This document shows, piece by piece, positions 39,420-48,525 of a stretch of DNA of 64,000 bases. Both the position numbers and the translations under genes were made by a program. Below the pieces are notes generated by a model. That model was not told the DNA's origin and did not search any database. It saw only the letters and a program-made list of their open reading frames with translations. This stretch comes from Candidatus Eremiobacteria bacterium (GTDB lineage: Bacteria > Vulcanimicrobiota > Vulcanimicrobiia > Vulcanimicrobiales > Vulcanimicrobiaceae). Position 1 is the first letter of the stretch, and every line of letters begins with the position of its first letter. The stretch is from positions 1,984,001-2,048,000 of the forward strand of contig CAVTRC010000001.1 of NCBI GenBank assembly GCA_963737065.1, in the 5' to 3' direction.

Positions 39420-40259
39420 ATGGCCATCGCGCGTCTCATCATCGTCGATACGAACGACGGCGCATTCATTCGCGCTGCCGTGAATTCCGGGCTTCGCCAA
39501 ACCGTCGACACCGAAGTTGTGGTCGTCGATAATGCCTCAACGGACGGCTCGCCTTCTTGGCTGCGCGCGATTCCGGGCGTCAGCGTAGTAGCGCGTAAGG
39601 AGAACCGCGGCTTCGGCACAGCGGTAAATACCGGAGCCGCCGGGACCGACGCGGCCTTTATCGCTTTACTCAATCCGGACGCCGAAGCGACTCCATCGTG
39701 GATCGAGACGATTACGCGATGGATGGATGAATCGGGCATTGATGTCGCGTGCAGTTACGTAGCCGCCGGGAACGGTTACTATTTCACCGGCGGTCGCTGG
39801 TGGTGGTGGTGCGGCGGATCAACTGATGATCGGACGCCGAAACCGGAACGCAGAACCGACTTCATCAATGGCTGCTCCTTAGTGATCCGTACAGAGTTAT
39901 TCCAAGCATTGGAAGGTTTCGATGAGGGGTTCTTTCTTTACAGCGAGGACGTCGATCTTTCGTTGCGCGCGGTAGCCGCAGGCGGTCGTCTAGGCGTGCT
40001 TCCACAACCGTTAGTGCGGCATGACGCGCATGGAAGCAGTACGAAAGCACTTGGTTCGAAAAAATGGACTCACGCGTTCGCATCGCGCGGACGGATGGTC
40101 GCGAAACATTGTCCGATGCTGGTGCGACCGTTTGCTTTGGTCGTTCAGGCTTTTGTAGTCCCGGTTCGTTTCGCAGGTGGAGTACGCGCCGCATTGCCGC
40201 TGATACGTTCGGTGTTCGAGGGATATCATTCATTTCGACGCGAAGGGGCGGCGCGATGA
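39420..40259 (+). CDS. GT2 glycosyltransferase (WbbL/rhamnosyltransferase-like)
   Basis: VVVDNASTDGS, NRGFGTAVN, LLNPDA, GFDEGFFLYSEDVDL. Confidence 0.85.
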   Translation: MAIARLIIVDTNDGAFIRAAVNSGLRQTVDTEVVVVDNASTDGSPSWLRAIPGVSVVARKENRGFGTAVNTGAAGTDAAFIALLNPDAEATPSWIETITRWMDESGIDVACSYVAAGNGYYFTGGRWWWWCGGSTDDRTPKPERRTDFINGCSLVIRTELFQALEGFDEGFFLYSEDVDLSLRAVAAGGRLGVLPQPLVRHDAHGSSTKALGSKKWTHAFASRGRMVAKHCPMLVRPFALVVQAFVVPVRFAGGVRAALPLIRSVFEGYHSFRREGAAR

Positions 40260-41299
40260 AGGTGCTAGTTACGGGCGGCGGCGGCTATATCGGCGCCGTT
40301 TTGTGTCGTCAGCTTCGCGAGGCCGGACACGACGTCGTTTCGTTAGACCGCTACTTCTGGGGTCTTGAACCATTGCTGGGTCTCGACGTAGACATCGTTC
40401 ACGGCGACGTTCGCGATTTCTCCGACGAGTGGCTGGAAGACGTCGATGCAGTGTGCCATTTAGCAGGCCTCTCGAACGATCCGACGGCAGAGTACAACCC
40501 AAACGCGAACTGGCAGATGAATGTCGTTGCGACGCAGCGCATGGTGGACGCGTGCAAGCGTGCCGGAATCCGGCGCTTTACTTTTGCGTCGAGTGCGTCG
40601 ATCTACGACACTGAGGAATCGTCACATGTGTTGGATCGATCGCCAATCATGTGCACGGAAGAGACGACCGTTGAGCCGCGCGGTGCGTATTCGACGTCGA
40701 AGCGCGAAGCTGAACGCATCATTCTGGGCGCGACGGATGTACGGTTCTCTCCCGTCGTCTTTCGACAAGGAACCGTGTACGGGTATAGCCCGCGAATGCG
40801 TTTCGATCTTGTCGTTAACACCTTCGTTAAAGATGCGCTGGTGATGAGAGAGCTTTCGCTTCATGGGGGCGGCTGGATGTGGCGACCACTCGTGGATGTG
40901 GAGGACGTTGCGAGAGTGCACGTGCGCGCGCTCGAAGTACCGACCGAAATCCTGAGCGGCCAGATTTTTAACGTGATGGAGGAAAACTATCAAATCCGTC
41001 AGTTGGCGATGCTCGTTGCCGGATCGCTTTCTCTGCTTCCGAAACCCGTCGGCGTTCGTCTTCGCGAAACGCCACTGCCCAAGCTCGTTCGTAATTATCG
41101 GATGAGCAATGAGAAACTCAGTCGAGCCATCGGGTTTACGCCCTCGATTACCGTGCTGGAGTCGATCGAACGGATGTTGCGCGAACTTCCCATCGACCGT
41201 CTCGAAGAGTTCGGCCATCCGAAGTACTACAACATCAGGTGGATGACGATCTTAGAATCCGTGCACGAGTCCCAGCGCGCGTACGCCAGTATTTATTGA
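40256..41299 (+). CDS. NAD-dependent nucleotide-sugar epimerase/dehydratase (extended SDR)
   Basis: VTGGGGYIG, HLAGLSNDP, ASSASIY, YSTSK, PRMRFDLVVN. Confidence 0.88.
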   Translation: MKVLVTGGGGYIGAVLCRQLREAGHDVVSLDRYFWGLEPLLGLDVDIVHGDVRDFSDEWLEDVDAVCHLAGLSNDPTAEYNPNANWQMNVVATQRMVDACKRAGIRRFTFASSASIYDTEESSHVLDRSPIMCTEETTVEPRGAYSTSKREAERIILGATDVRFSPVVFRQGTVYGYSPRMRFDLVVNTFVKDALVMRELSLHGGGWMWRPLVDVEDVARVHVRALEVPTEILSGQIFNVMEENYQIRQLAMLVAGSLSLLPKPVGVRLRETPLPKLVRNYRMSNEKLSRAIGFTPSITVLESIERMLRELPIDRLEEFGHPKYYNIRWMTILESVHESQRAYASIY

Positions 41300-41303
41300 T
41301 ATC

Positions 41304-42182
41304 GTGGACGCCATTCTCGAGCGCATCGTCATCCTCGGCGCGGCAGGCCAGCTGGGCACGGACCTGATGCGCGCGTTTGCCGATACGTCGGCAGTCGGTT
41401 TGAATCACAGCCAACTCGACATTGAGGAGCCCTCTTCGGTGCTCCAAGCGATCGGGCGGATTCGGCCGACACTGATCGTCAATACGGCAGCGTACCACAA
41501 TGTAGATCTTTGCGAATCATTTCCGCAGCGTGCATTTGCCGTTAATGCACTCGCGGTCGATATGCTGGCGGCGTCATGCGCGTGCGCCGGCATTCCGTTC
41601 GCCCATGTCAGCACAGACTACGTTTTCGACGGCGCTGCGCAAATGCCGTATACCGAAACTGATACTGCGCGACCGCTTAATGTATACGGAATGTCGAAGC
41701 GCGCGGGGGAGCAGCTGATGGGCCGCCACGCGACGGAACAATTCATCTTTCGAACGAGCGGGTTATTCGGTACCGCGCAGTCTACGGTGAAAGGACCAAA
41801 TTTCGTCGAGCGCATGATACGCGCCGCGGAAGAACGCAAGCCGCTCAAAGTCGTCGACGACATCACGTTCTCGCCGTCATTTACGGCGCATGTTGCACAG
41901 ACGGTCCGGCGCATCGTGGTGTCGGAAAAATGGGGACTGTACCACGTCTCCAATGCCGGCCAGTGCAGCTGGTACGATCTCGCCGCAAAAGCGATCGAGG
42001 AAGCCGGGCTTCACACCGATCTTCAGCGCGTCGCTTCGCCGGAAAAGCAGGTTCCACGGCGGCCGCGCATGTCCGCATTGCGGAGTACCGCTATTCCGGC
42101 CGCGGGAGTTGCGCCGCTCCCGCGCTGGGAGGATGCCGTTCGCGACTACGTCGCCGAGCGTCGTGCTCTAGCCGTCAAGTAG
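41304..42182 (+). CDS. rfbD: dTDP-4-dehydrorhamnose reductase, copy 1
   Basis: GAAGQLG, NTAAYHNVD, STDYVFDG, PLNVYGMSK. Confidence 0.88.
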   Translation: MDAILERIVILGAAGQLGTDLMRAFADTSAVGLNHSQLDIEEPSSVLQAIGRIRPTLIVNTAAYHNVDLCESFPQRAFAVNALAVDMLAASCACAGIPFAHVSTDYVFDGAAQMPYTETDTARPLNVYGMSKRAGEQLMGRHATEQFIFRTSGLFGTAQSTVKGPNFVERMIRAAEERKPLKVVDDITFSPSFTAHVAQTVRRIVVSEKWGLYHVSNAGQCSWYDLAAKAIEEAGLHTDLQRVASPEKQVPRRPRMSALRSTAIPAAGVAPLPRWEDAVRDYVAERRALAVK

Positions 42183-42695
42183 TGCGAACGCCTTGTCCTT
42201 TTGGGAAATGCGCGGCTCGCCGACCAACGGCCACTCGATGCCGATAGCCGGGTCGTTCCAGCGCACGCCGAATTCGCGCTCGGCATTGTGCAGTGCGCCG
42301 TGTTTGTAGGAAAAAATGATGTCGTCGGTTAGCGCGAGGAAGCCATGCACGAAGCCGCGCGGAACATACAGCTGCACGTGATTGTATTCCGAGAGGTAGA
42401 ACGCTTGCCATTGCCGGTAGGTCGACGAATCTTTTCGCATGTCCACGAGGACGTCGAATATTCGGCCGCGCAAACACTGGACGAGCTTGCTCATCTCGGC
42501 GTCGCCATGCAGCCCGCGAATCACATTTTTTGAAGAAAACGATACGCTATCCTGAACGAATTCATCGGTTATTCCGAGCGCCCGGTACTTTGCGGTTGAA
42601 TACGTCTCTTTGAAGAAGCCTCTATCGTCTTCGTACACGTCGGGTTCGATGAGGAACGCATCCGCGAATTTCGTCGGCTTTGAAACTAGACTCAT
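42168..42695 (-). CDS. rfbC: dTDP-4-dehydrorhamnose 3,5-epimerase
   Basis: DDRGFFKE, IRGLH, KLVQC, YVPRGFVHGF, WNDPAIGIEWP. Confidence 0.92.
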   Translation of the reverse strand: MSLVSKPTKFADAFLIEPDVYEDDRGFFKETYSTAKYRALGITDEFVQDSVSFSSKNVIRGLHGDAEMSKLVQCLRGRIFDVLVDMRKDSSTYRQWQAFYLSEYNHVQLYVPRGFVHGFLALTDDIIFSYKHGALHNAEREFGVRWNDPAIGIEWPLVGEPRISQKDKAFALLDG

Positions 42696-42757
42696 CGCGC
42701 CCGGTATTGCCCCCACCCGAATCGTTACCCTCTCGATCGTGAAGGACGTATTGCAAC

Positions 42758-43738
42758 GTGGACAACGCTACGTGTGCGCTCTGCAACGGTAGAACAGCGG
42801 AAGTACATAGCGCGTATCCCGGATACCGAGCGCCCGCGACGTTTGCGATTCGCCGGTGTGAGTCGTGCGACGTGTCGTTTTCCGATCCACTCCGGTCGAA
42901 CGGAGACGTGTACGAACTGATCTATGGTCAGGCAGCGCTGATTCCCGGTTATGACCGCTATGACACCTACGTGCGTCGGGTCCTCAAAGAAGACGCTCCG
43001 TTGGATTTTCTTGCAGCCTCTGAAGAACCGTACTGGGCGTTGCGCCACGCGATTGCAGCCTTTCCGCGTGGATCGAAGGTGTTGGACATCGGATCCGGCC
43101 TCGGCTATGTAACGTACGCTCTCGTGCGCGCCGGATACGATGCAATGGGATTGGATATCTCGGAAAATGCGGTACTCCGCGCGCGCGAGCGCTTCGGAGA
43201 CCACTATGTTGCTGCGGACCTGTTTGAATGGTCCCGCAAGCACGCGGAAAGGTACGATGTTGTTGTGATGTTGGAGCTGATCGAGCACGTAGAGAATCCG
43301 CGAGAATGGGTGCGGGCCGCACTTCGCATGGTGAAGCCGGGCGGCATTCTGCTTATGACGACGCCGAATAAGGCGTACTATGTTGAAGGTACGGTTTGGG
43401 AGACTGACGCTCCGCCGGTTCATCTTTGGTGGTTTTCTCCGCGTTCCATCAACCATCTGGTCGGTGATGATGCGACGTTACATTTCATCGACTTTCGTAC
43501 GTGCGAACTTGCGCCTGCGGTTGCATACAGCACATCGGTCATGTCGACTCGTCGTTCGCCGATGTTGAACGCGAATGGCGGCCCGATGTCGCCAATCCGC
43601 GTACTGTTGCATCGAATCGGCCTGCTGCCCTTGGCGAAGCTAATGTACGCGCGGCTTCACGCGCCACGCAAAAAGAACGCGCTGCATCCAGCAGGTCAAA
43701 GGGAAACGCTCGCGGTGCGCGTTAGTCGCAACCGTTGA
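42758..43738 (+). CDS. class I SAM-dependent methyltransferase with N-terminal Cys4 zinc ribbon
   Basis: CALC...CESC; VLDIGSGLG; ELIEHV; TTPN; PPVH. Confidence 0.85.
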   Translation: MDNATCALCNGRTAEVHSAYPGYRAPATFAIRRCESCDVSFSDPLRSNGDVYELIYGQAALIPGYDRYDTYVRRVLKEDAPLDFLAASEEPYWALRHAIAAFPRGSKVLDIGSGLGYVTYALVRAGYDAMGLDISENAVLRARERFGDHYVAADLFEWSRKHAERYDVVVMLELIEHVENPREWVRAALRMVKPGGILLMTTPNKAYYVEGTVWETDAPPVHLWWFSPRSINHLVGDDATLHFIDFRTCELAPAVAYSTSVMSTRRSPMLNANGGPMSPIRVLLHRIGLLPLAKLMYARLHAPRKKNALHPAGQRETLAVRVSRNR

Positions 43739-44625
43739 CGACCAAACTTGACGTCCGGGATCTCGTGCACGTCGCCTGCGATCTTTGCGTCGCCGACGAT
43801 ACCCGAACGTTGATGCGGAAGGCCGCTGCCATCTACGACCATCAGTTTGCGATCGTCCGATGCCGCCGATGTTCGCACGTATACGTTAATCCGCGTCTCA
43901 ACGATACGGCGATCGAGAATTTATACGACGAAGCGTATTATAACGGGTTGGGTTTCGATCGCACGGTGCGCTACGCGGAACGTATTGCCGATGAAAACCT
44001 TCTTTCGACGTATCGAGACGAGCTGCAAACGCTGAGCGAAGTACGCGGGGATCTTCGTGGCGCGTCCGCGCTTGACGTTGGTTGCGGATCCGGTGGACTC
44101 GTGCGCGCTCTGAGACGCGCGGGAGCCGATGCGTTTGGGTTCGATGCTTCGCCGTTTTCCAGAACCATCAGCGCCTCCTACGGCACGCCGATTGCCGCCC
44201 AGTCACTCGATGAACTGTATGGCAGCGGTCGCCAGTACGATATCGTAAGCGCGATCGAGGTTATCGAGCACACGGTTTCGCCGACTGAATTTTTGCAGTC
44301 GGTGTCGAGGCTCGTGAAACCTGGCGGCGTGCTTTTCATCGGAACAGGCAATTGGAATCTCGTGCGGCTCGTTCCGGGAACGCCGTACGTGATGCCCGAG
44401 GGTCACATCCACTACTTTACGCCGGCGACGTTGCGTGCGTTTTTTCAAAAAGTCGGCATCAGGGTGGCCGGCGCATCAACCTACACGTGGGCGGGATGGC
44501 GTTATCTCGGGTCGCGACTGCCGCTGGGCGGCCGCGCGCTCACGCGTATTCTTGGCGCTGCGATCGGCATCATCGCCCCGGGATATGGGCCGTTTCCTGT
44601 TGGCCGCGCGCGTTATTTGCGGTAG
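43735..44625 (+). CDS. class I SAM-dependent methyltransferase with N-terminal Cys4 zinc ribbon
   Basis: CDLC...CRRC; LDVGCGSG; EVIEH; PEGHIHYF. Confidence 0.85.
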   Translation: MTTKLDVRDLVHVACDLCVADDTRTLMRKAAAIYDHQFAIVRCRRCSHVYVNPRLNDTAIENLYDEAYYNGLGFDRTVRYAERIADENLLSTYRDELQTLSEVRGDLRGASALDVGCGSGGLVRALRRAGADAFGFDASPFSRTISASYGTPIAAQSLDELYGSGRQYDIVSAIEVIEHTVSPTEFLQSVSRLVKPGGVLFIGTGNWNLVRLVPGTPYVMPEGHIHYFTPATLRAFFQKVGIRVAGASTYTWAGWRYLGSRLPLGGRALTRILGAAIGIIAPGYGPFPVGRARYLR

Positions 44626-45086
44626 GTTTTTACTTTGCGCACGCCGGCTTGGCGCATCGCGCTTTCCACTGCGCCCGTTTCCGTATCAGAGCACTCATAG
44701 GCGACTACGACGCGGCCTTGCGCAAGCGCATCGTTGTAATTTGCGCGCTCGTCTTGCGGGATCGGAATGACGCCGATTTCCGCTTCCACGTGCGCGCTGT
44801 TGAGAAAATCGAGCCCGCTCCCGCTCCTCGAGATTCCGGGGACGCCGGTTCCTCCGCTGCCCGTCATGATGCCGCTATCATTGCGTAAGAGGCTTCCGAG
44901 ATCGTCCGTTTCGCCTGCTTCAGCCAAATGAATGAAATTCAGAAAGGACGATTCGTGTTGGCTCGTTTCGGCTTCGCGCGTTATGATTGAAAGCTTCGCT
45001 TGGTCCACGTTCGGGACATCGCCGAGGACTTTTTCGAGTTCCGAAACTTCGGTTGTCGGCACAATACCGGTAACGTAGCAGGGCAC
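44613..45086 (-). CDS. hypothetical protein, possibly general stress protein (YflT/17M-like)
   Basis: AGGAG RBS before GTG; Gly-rich centre and IPQDERANYNDALAQGRVVV C-terminal pattern. Confidence 0.55.
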   Translation of the reverse strand: MPCYVTGIVPTTEVSELEKVLGDVPNVDQAKLSIITREAETSQHESSFLNFIHLAEAGETDDLGSLLRNDSGIMTGSGGTGVPGISRSGSGLDFLNSAHVEAEIGVIPIPQDERANYNDALAQGRVVVAYECSDTETGAVESAMRQAGVRKVKTYRK

Positions 45087-45110
45087 GATGTTACTCCTCC
45101 GGCAAGCCTT

Positions 45111-46331
45111 TTATCGTTTGAATTCGCGTACTGCGGCAGCTAGGCGCAGGATGCCTTCTTCAATTTTCTCTTCGGAAGCGTTCGAGAAATTCAAGCGCAT
45201 GCCGTCGTGCACGTCGCGTCCGGGGTAGAAGCTCACGCCCGGAACGAAGACGACCTTTTCCTGTGCGGAGACCCGAAGCAACGCTTCGGTATCAACGCCG
45301 TCCACACTGGCCCAGAGAAACATGCCGCCGTCGGGCCGGTTGAAGTGCACGCCCGGCGGCATCGATGCGGCCAACGCGCTCACCATCACGTCTCGGCGGT
45401 AAGCGTAGGTTTGAACGATCTGGTCCACGTGGGCTTCGAATGCATCGTGTTTGCTTGCATAGCGGTGAAACACGTATTGAGCGAGCGAGCCGGTCTGCAG
45501 ATCCGTGCCTTGCTTTGCAAGCGCGATTTTGTCGCGCACTTCGTGATCGGGAATCGCGAGCCACGCGACGCGCATGCCGGGCGCCATGATTTTACTTCCG
45601 GTCCCGACGTAGATCACGCACCCGGTTTTCGCGAGTGAAATGAGCGACGGAAGGTCGTTGCCTTCGAAGCGCAACTCACCGTACGGGTCGTCCTCGACGA
45701 TCGGCAGATCGAACTCTTCGCAGAGTCGCACGATCGTTTCCCGCCGGTCCGCCGAAAGCGTACGGCCTGTCGGGTTTTGAAAGTTCGGAACGAGATAGAG
45801 AAACTTCGGAAAGGGATCGGCGCGTTCCAGTACTCGCTCCAGTGACGCCGGAATGATGCCGTCTTCATCGGTGTCCACGGTCAAATAGCGCGCCTGATAC
45901 GCATCGAAGGCTTGAATAGCGCCGAGATACGACGGGTTTTCGAGGACGACGTGATCGCCCGGGTCCACGAAGATTTTTCCGATGAGGTCGAGGCCTTGTT
46001 GCGAACCGTTGACGATGAGAATCTCGGCCGGATCGAACAGTTTCGTCAACCGTTTGGAAAGCCGGTCCGCAACCCACGTTCGCATCTCGGGAATGCCTTC
46101 GGTGACGCCGTACTGAAGCGCGGCCGCGCCGTATTCATCCATCACTTCGGCGGTGCATTGCGCGATTGCGGTCGTCGGAAAAAGCTCGGGTGCCGGCAAC
46201 CCGCCGCCGAACGAAATCACATCGGGTTGTTGAGTGACCTTGAGCATCTCGCGGATCGTAGAGGCGCGCAAGCGAGCCGTGCGTTCGGCGAATTTCGCCG
46301 CGCGAGATACCGTCGTCATAGTTTGGACCAC
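45111..46331 (-). CDS. PLP-dependent aminotransferase class I/II (LysN/ARO8-like)
   Basis: ISFGGGLPAPELFP, LQYG, GSQQGLD, PNFQNPTG, EDDPYGEL, SKIMAPG; alternative ATG at 46319. Confidence 0.9.
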   Translation of the reverse strand: MVQTMTTVSRAAKFAERTARLRASTIREMLKVTQQPDVISFGGGLPAPELFPTTAIAQCTAEVMDEYGAAALQYGVTEGIPEMRTWVADRLSKRLTKLFDPAEILIVNGSQQGLDLIGKIFVDPGDHVVLENPSYLGAIQAFDAYQARYLTVDTDEDGIIPASLERVLERADPFPKFLYLVPNFQNPTGRTLSADRRETIVRLCEEFDLPIVEDDPYGELRFEGNDLPSLISLAKTGCVIYVGTGSKIMAPGMRVAWLAIPDHEVRDKIALAKQGTDLQTGSLAQYVFHRYASKHDAFEAHVDQIVQTYAYRRDVMVSALAASMPPGVHFNRPDGGMFLWASVDGVDTEALLRVSAQEKVVFVPGVSFYPGRDVHDGMRLNFSNASEEKIEEGILRLAAAVREFKR

Positions 46332-46333
46332 TA

Positions 46334-47200
46334 TTAGCCGACGGGCATCGGCGGTCCGCCTATCGTCGGCCGCGGCGGGACGGGCCCCGCCGGTACCGCG
46401 GGCTCCGGCACGAACGTGAGCAGTACCGCGCCCAACCCAACGAGCGCCGTGAGCAGTGTTACGAGCACGCCGACGATCGGAACCAATTGCGCCGCGGTGA
46501 GGAGCGTCAACCCGAGGACGAGCGCAACCAGCGGCGACGGCGTTGCGTTGGGCGAGAGTAATTCATAGAAGCGCCGGCCGACGAGTAGCGCCAGCGCCGC
46601 CGTCCCGATGAACACCGATCCTGCGAGCAAGACGAACTCGACGAAAATCAATGGGATCAAGACGACCGTAATCGCGAGCAGCACGGCAAGCGGAACGACC
46701 GCGACCCACCCGAAAAGCCCTGCGCCGGTTGCCATCGCCGGATGCTGTTCCAGCCGCCCGACCGCCATGCGCGTGCGCAGCGGGAAGATCAAGAAGAAGA
46801 GCAAGACGACGACATCCCATGCGATGCGCCACCACATGCGATGATGCGGTGCATACGGAGACGACTGCACGACGGCGCTGCTATCCGCCCACGGAACGAT
46901 CGCCTGTGCGACGTCGCCGCCGACGACATGTTCCTGGCCGTTGATTTGGCCGCCCCGCATAATGATGTTGCCGCCGACGACGTTGACGTCGCCGTCGACC
47001 GTCCCGGCCACGGTGAGATCGCCGCCGACGACGTTGATATCGCCTTCGACGACTTGCCCCGGTTCTACAACGTAACTGCCTCCGAAGTACGAACCGCCGT
47101 GGTAGATGCTTCGCAGCGCAGCTTCCGCGCTCGCCGTCGCGAACGTTACTACAAAGAACGCGGCAAGAAGCGAGACGATAAACAGATGCGTTCTTTTCAT
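46334..47200 (-). CDS. membrane protein with bactofilin-like (polymer-forming) beta-helix repeats
   Basis: Signal/TM, VEGDINVVGGDLTVAGTVDGDVNVVGG repeats, several C-terminal TM helices. Confidence 0.75.
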   Translation of the reverse strand: MKRTHLFIVSLLAAFFVVTFATASAEAALRSIYHGGSYFGGSYVVEPGQVVEGDINVVGGDLTVAGTVDGDVNVVGGNIIMRGGQINGQEHVVGGDVAQAIVPWADSSAVVQSSPYAPHHRMWWRIAWDVVVLLFFLIFPLRTRMAVGRLEQHPAMATGAGLFGWVAVVPLAVLLAITVVLIPLIFVEFVLLAGSVFIGTAALALLVGRRFYELLSPNATPSPLVALVLGLTLLTAAQLVPIVGVLVTLLTALVGLGAVLLTFVPEPAVPAGPVPPRPTIGGPPMPVG

Positions 47201-47748
47201 GGGGCCTCCGAAGGTGCGAGCGCCGCGGCCAAGCGCGGGCGTATGGATCGATGGAAGAAGATGAGCGCGCCGGCGAGCAATACGTCGACGAACAAAACGA
47301 AGCTCACGACGCCTACGACGACCGGCGCAGCGGGACCAACACCGTGTGCGATCCCCATCACGGCGGCGAAGAGATCAACCGTGCTCGACGAAGCCGCTGC
47401 AAATACATGTTGAATGAACGAAGCGCGCGGGCCGAGCAATGCGAATGTGCCGCTGAGCGCAATCCATGCGGCGACGAGATAGAACAGGAGTAAGGACCAT
47501 ACCGACAAGCGCCGCTCGATGGCGACCGGCATCGTGCGCACTTCAGCCATCACCGCAAACGCGAAGTTCGCCGGGAGATCGGCGTTCTTCGTCGTTGCCA
47601 TCAACGCGTCGACGACCCGCAATTCATTGACGAGTGCCGCGCACGCAGCACACGTTTTCAGGTGTGCGGAAACCGCCGCCATCTGGCGAGCGGGGAGCGT
47701 CGCTTCGACGTAGCGGTCGAGGAGCATCTCACACAAGGAGCAGCGCAC
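47197..47748 (-). CDS. zinc-binding anti-sigma factor (zf-HC2/ZAS) with two TM helices
   Basis: N-terminal Cys plus HLKTCAAC (Hx3Cx2C); directly downstream of ECF sigma. Confidence 0.85.
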   Translation of the reverse strand: MRCSLCEMLLDRYVEATLPARQMAAVSAHLKTCAACAALVNELRVVDALMATTKNADLPANFAFAVMAEVRTMPVAIERRLSVWSLLLFYLVAAWIALSGTFALLGPRASFIQHVFAAASSSTVDLFAAVMGIAHGVGPAAPVVVGVVSFVLFVDVLLAGALIFFHRSIRPRLAAALAPSEAP

Positions 47749-48361
47749 GATGCCCTCCCCGGTCCTTGAACGTCGCTTGCGCTCGTTCTTCGCGCTCCTG
47801 CATCTTTTTGGCGAGTGCGATTTTACCGCGGTGGATCAAGGTCTTGACATTGCCGAGCGAAAGCCCGAGCGTGCTCGCGATCGTGTGGTATTCCATGTTG
47901 TCGAAGTATCGAAGTGCCAAGACCGTCCTCGTCCGTTCCGGAAGCTCCGCGAGTGCTTCGCGCAGTTCGCGCTCGGCTTCACGGCGTAGGATCCCACCGG
48001 CGGGATCCGATTCTTCAGCGGGATCCGGGAGTGCGTTCTCGAGCGTTTGTTCCTCCGGCAGCTCCTGAGTTTGCGGCCGCCGAAGCGACTTGCCCAGGTG
48101 CGTGCGAACCACGTTGCGCGCGATTTGGTAGATCCAGGTCGAGAATCTACCGAGTTGCGGGTTGAACGTGCCTAAGTGCGCATACGCCCGCAAGAACGTC
48201 TCCTGCGAGAGGTCCGACACATCCGCTGAGCTTCGAACGCTTGCTCCGATGAAGTTTGCGATGCCGCGCTTGTACCGGTCCACCAGCTCGGCGAAGATTT
48301 CCGTTTCGCCGTCGCGGATGCGCCGGACGAGAGCTTCGTCGCTCTGAGCGTCGATGGCCAT
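47729..48361 (-). CDS. ECF RNA polymerase sigma-70 factor (SigW-like)
   Basis: DLSQETFLRAY, FSTWIYQIARN, LPERTRTVLALRY, GNVKTLIHRG. Confidence 0.92.
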   Translation of the reverse strand: MAIDAQSDEALVRRIRDGETEIFAELVDRYKRGIANFIGASVRSSADVSDLSQETFLRAYAHLGTFNPQLGRFSTWIYQIARNVVRTHLGKSLRRPQTQELPEEQTLENALPDPAEESDPAGGILRREAERELREALAELPERTRTVLALRYFDNMEYHTIASTLGLSLGNVKTLIHRGKIALAKKMQEREERAQATFKDRGGHRALLLV

Positions 48362-48394
48362 CCCTCTCGTTTCTCGTGTCCCTCTGGCACGTGG

Positions 48395-48420
48395 TACTAA
48401 AGGCATCCGGGTTTGTTACA
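48395..48420 (-). promoter_or_regulatory. putative autoregulatory ECF promoter TGTAAC-N16-AGTA
   Basis: Minus strand tgtaac aaacccggatgccttt agta, 33 nt upstream of the sigma ATG. Confidence 0.5.
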
Positions 48421-48483
48421 GGCAGCGACGGTCCATGGCGTTCGAGCTCGGACGGCCGTACGGGCAACCGGCACTCGAAAACG

Positions 48484-48510
48484 TGTAACGGAAGGCGCCG
48501 CGAACGCGTC
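48484..48510 (+). promoter_or_regulatory. putative ECF promoter TGTAAC-N17-CGTC for the flippase operon
   Basis: tgtaac ggaaggcgccgcgaacg cgtc, 15 nt upstream of ATG 48526. Confidence 0.5.
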
Positions 48511-48525
48511 GTAGAGTGCTTCGCC

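Noticed and set aside
25733..44625. Mobile element or prophage boundaries for the glycan island
   Set aside because: No integrase, transposase, tRNA target or flanking direct repeats were seen
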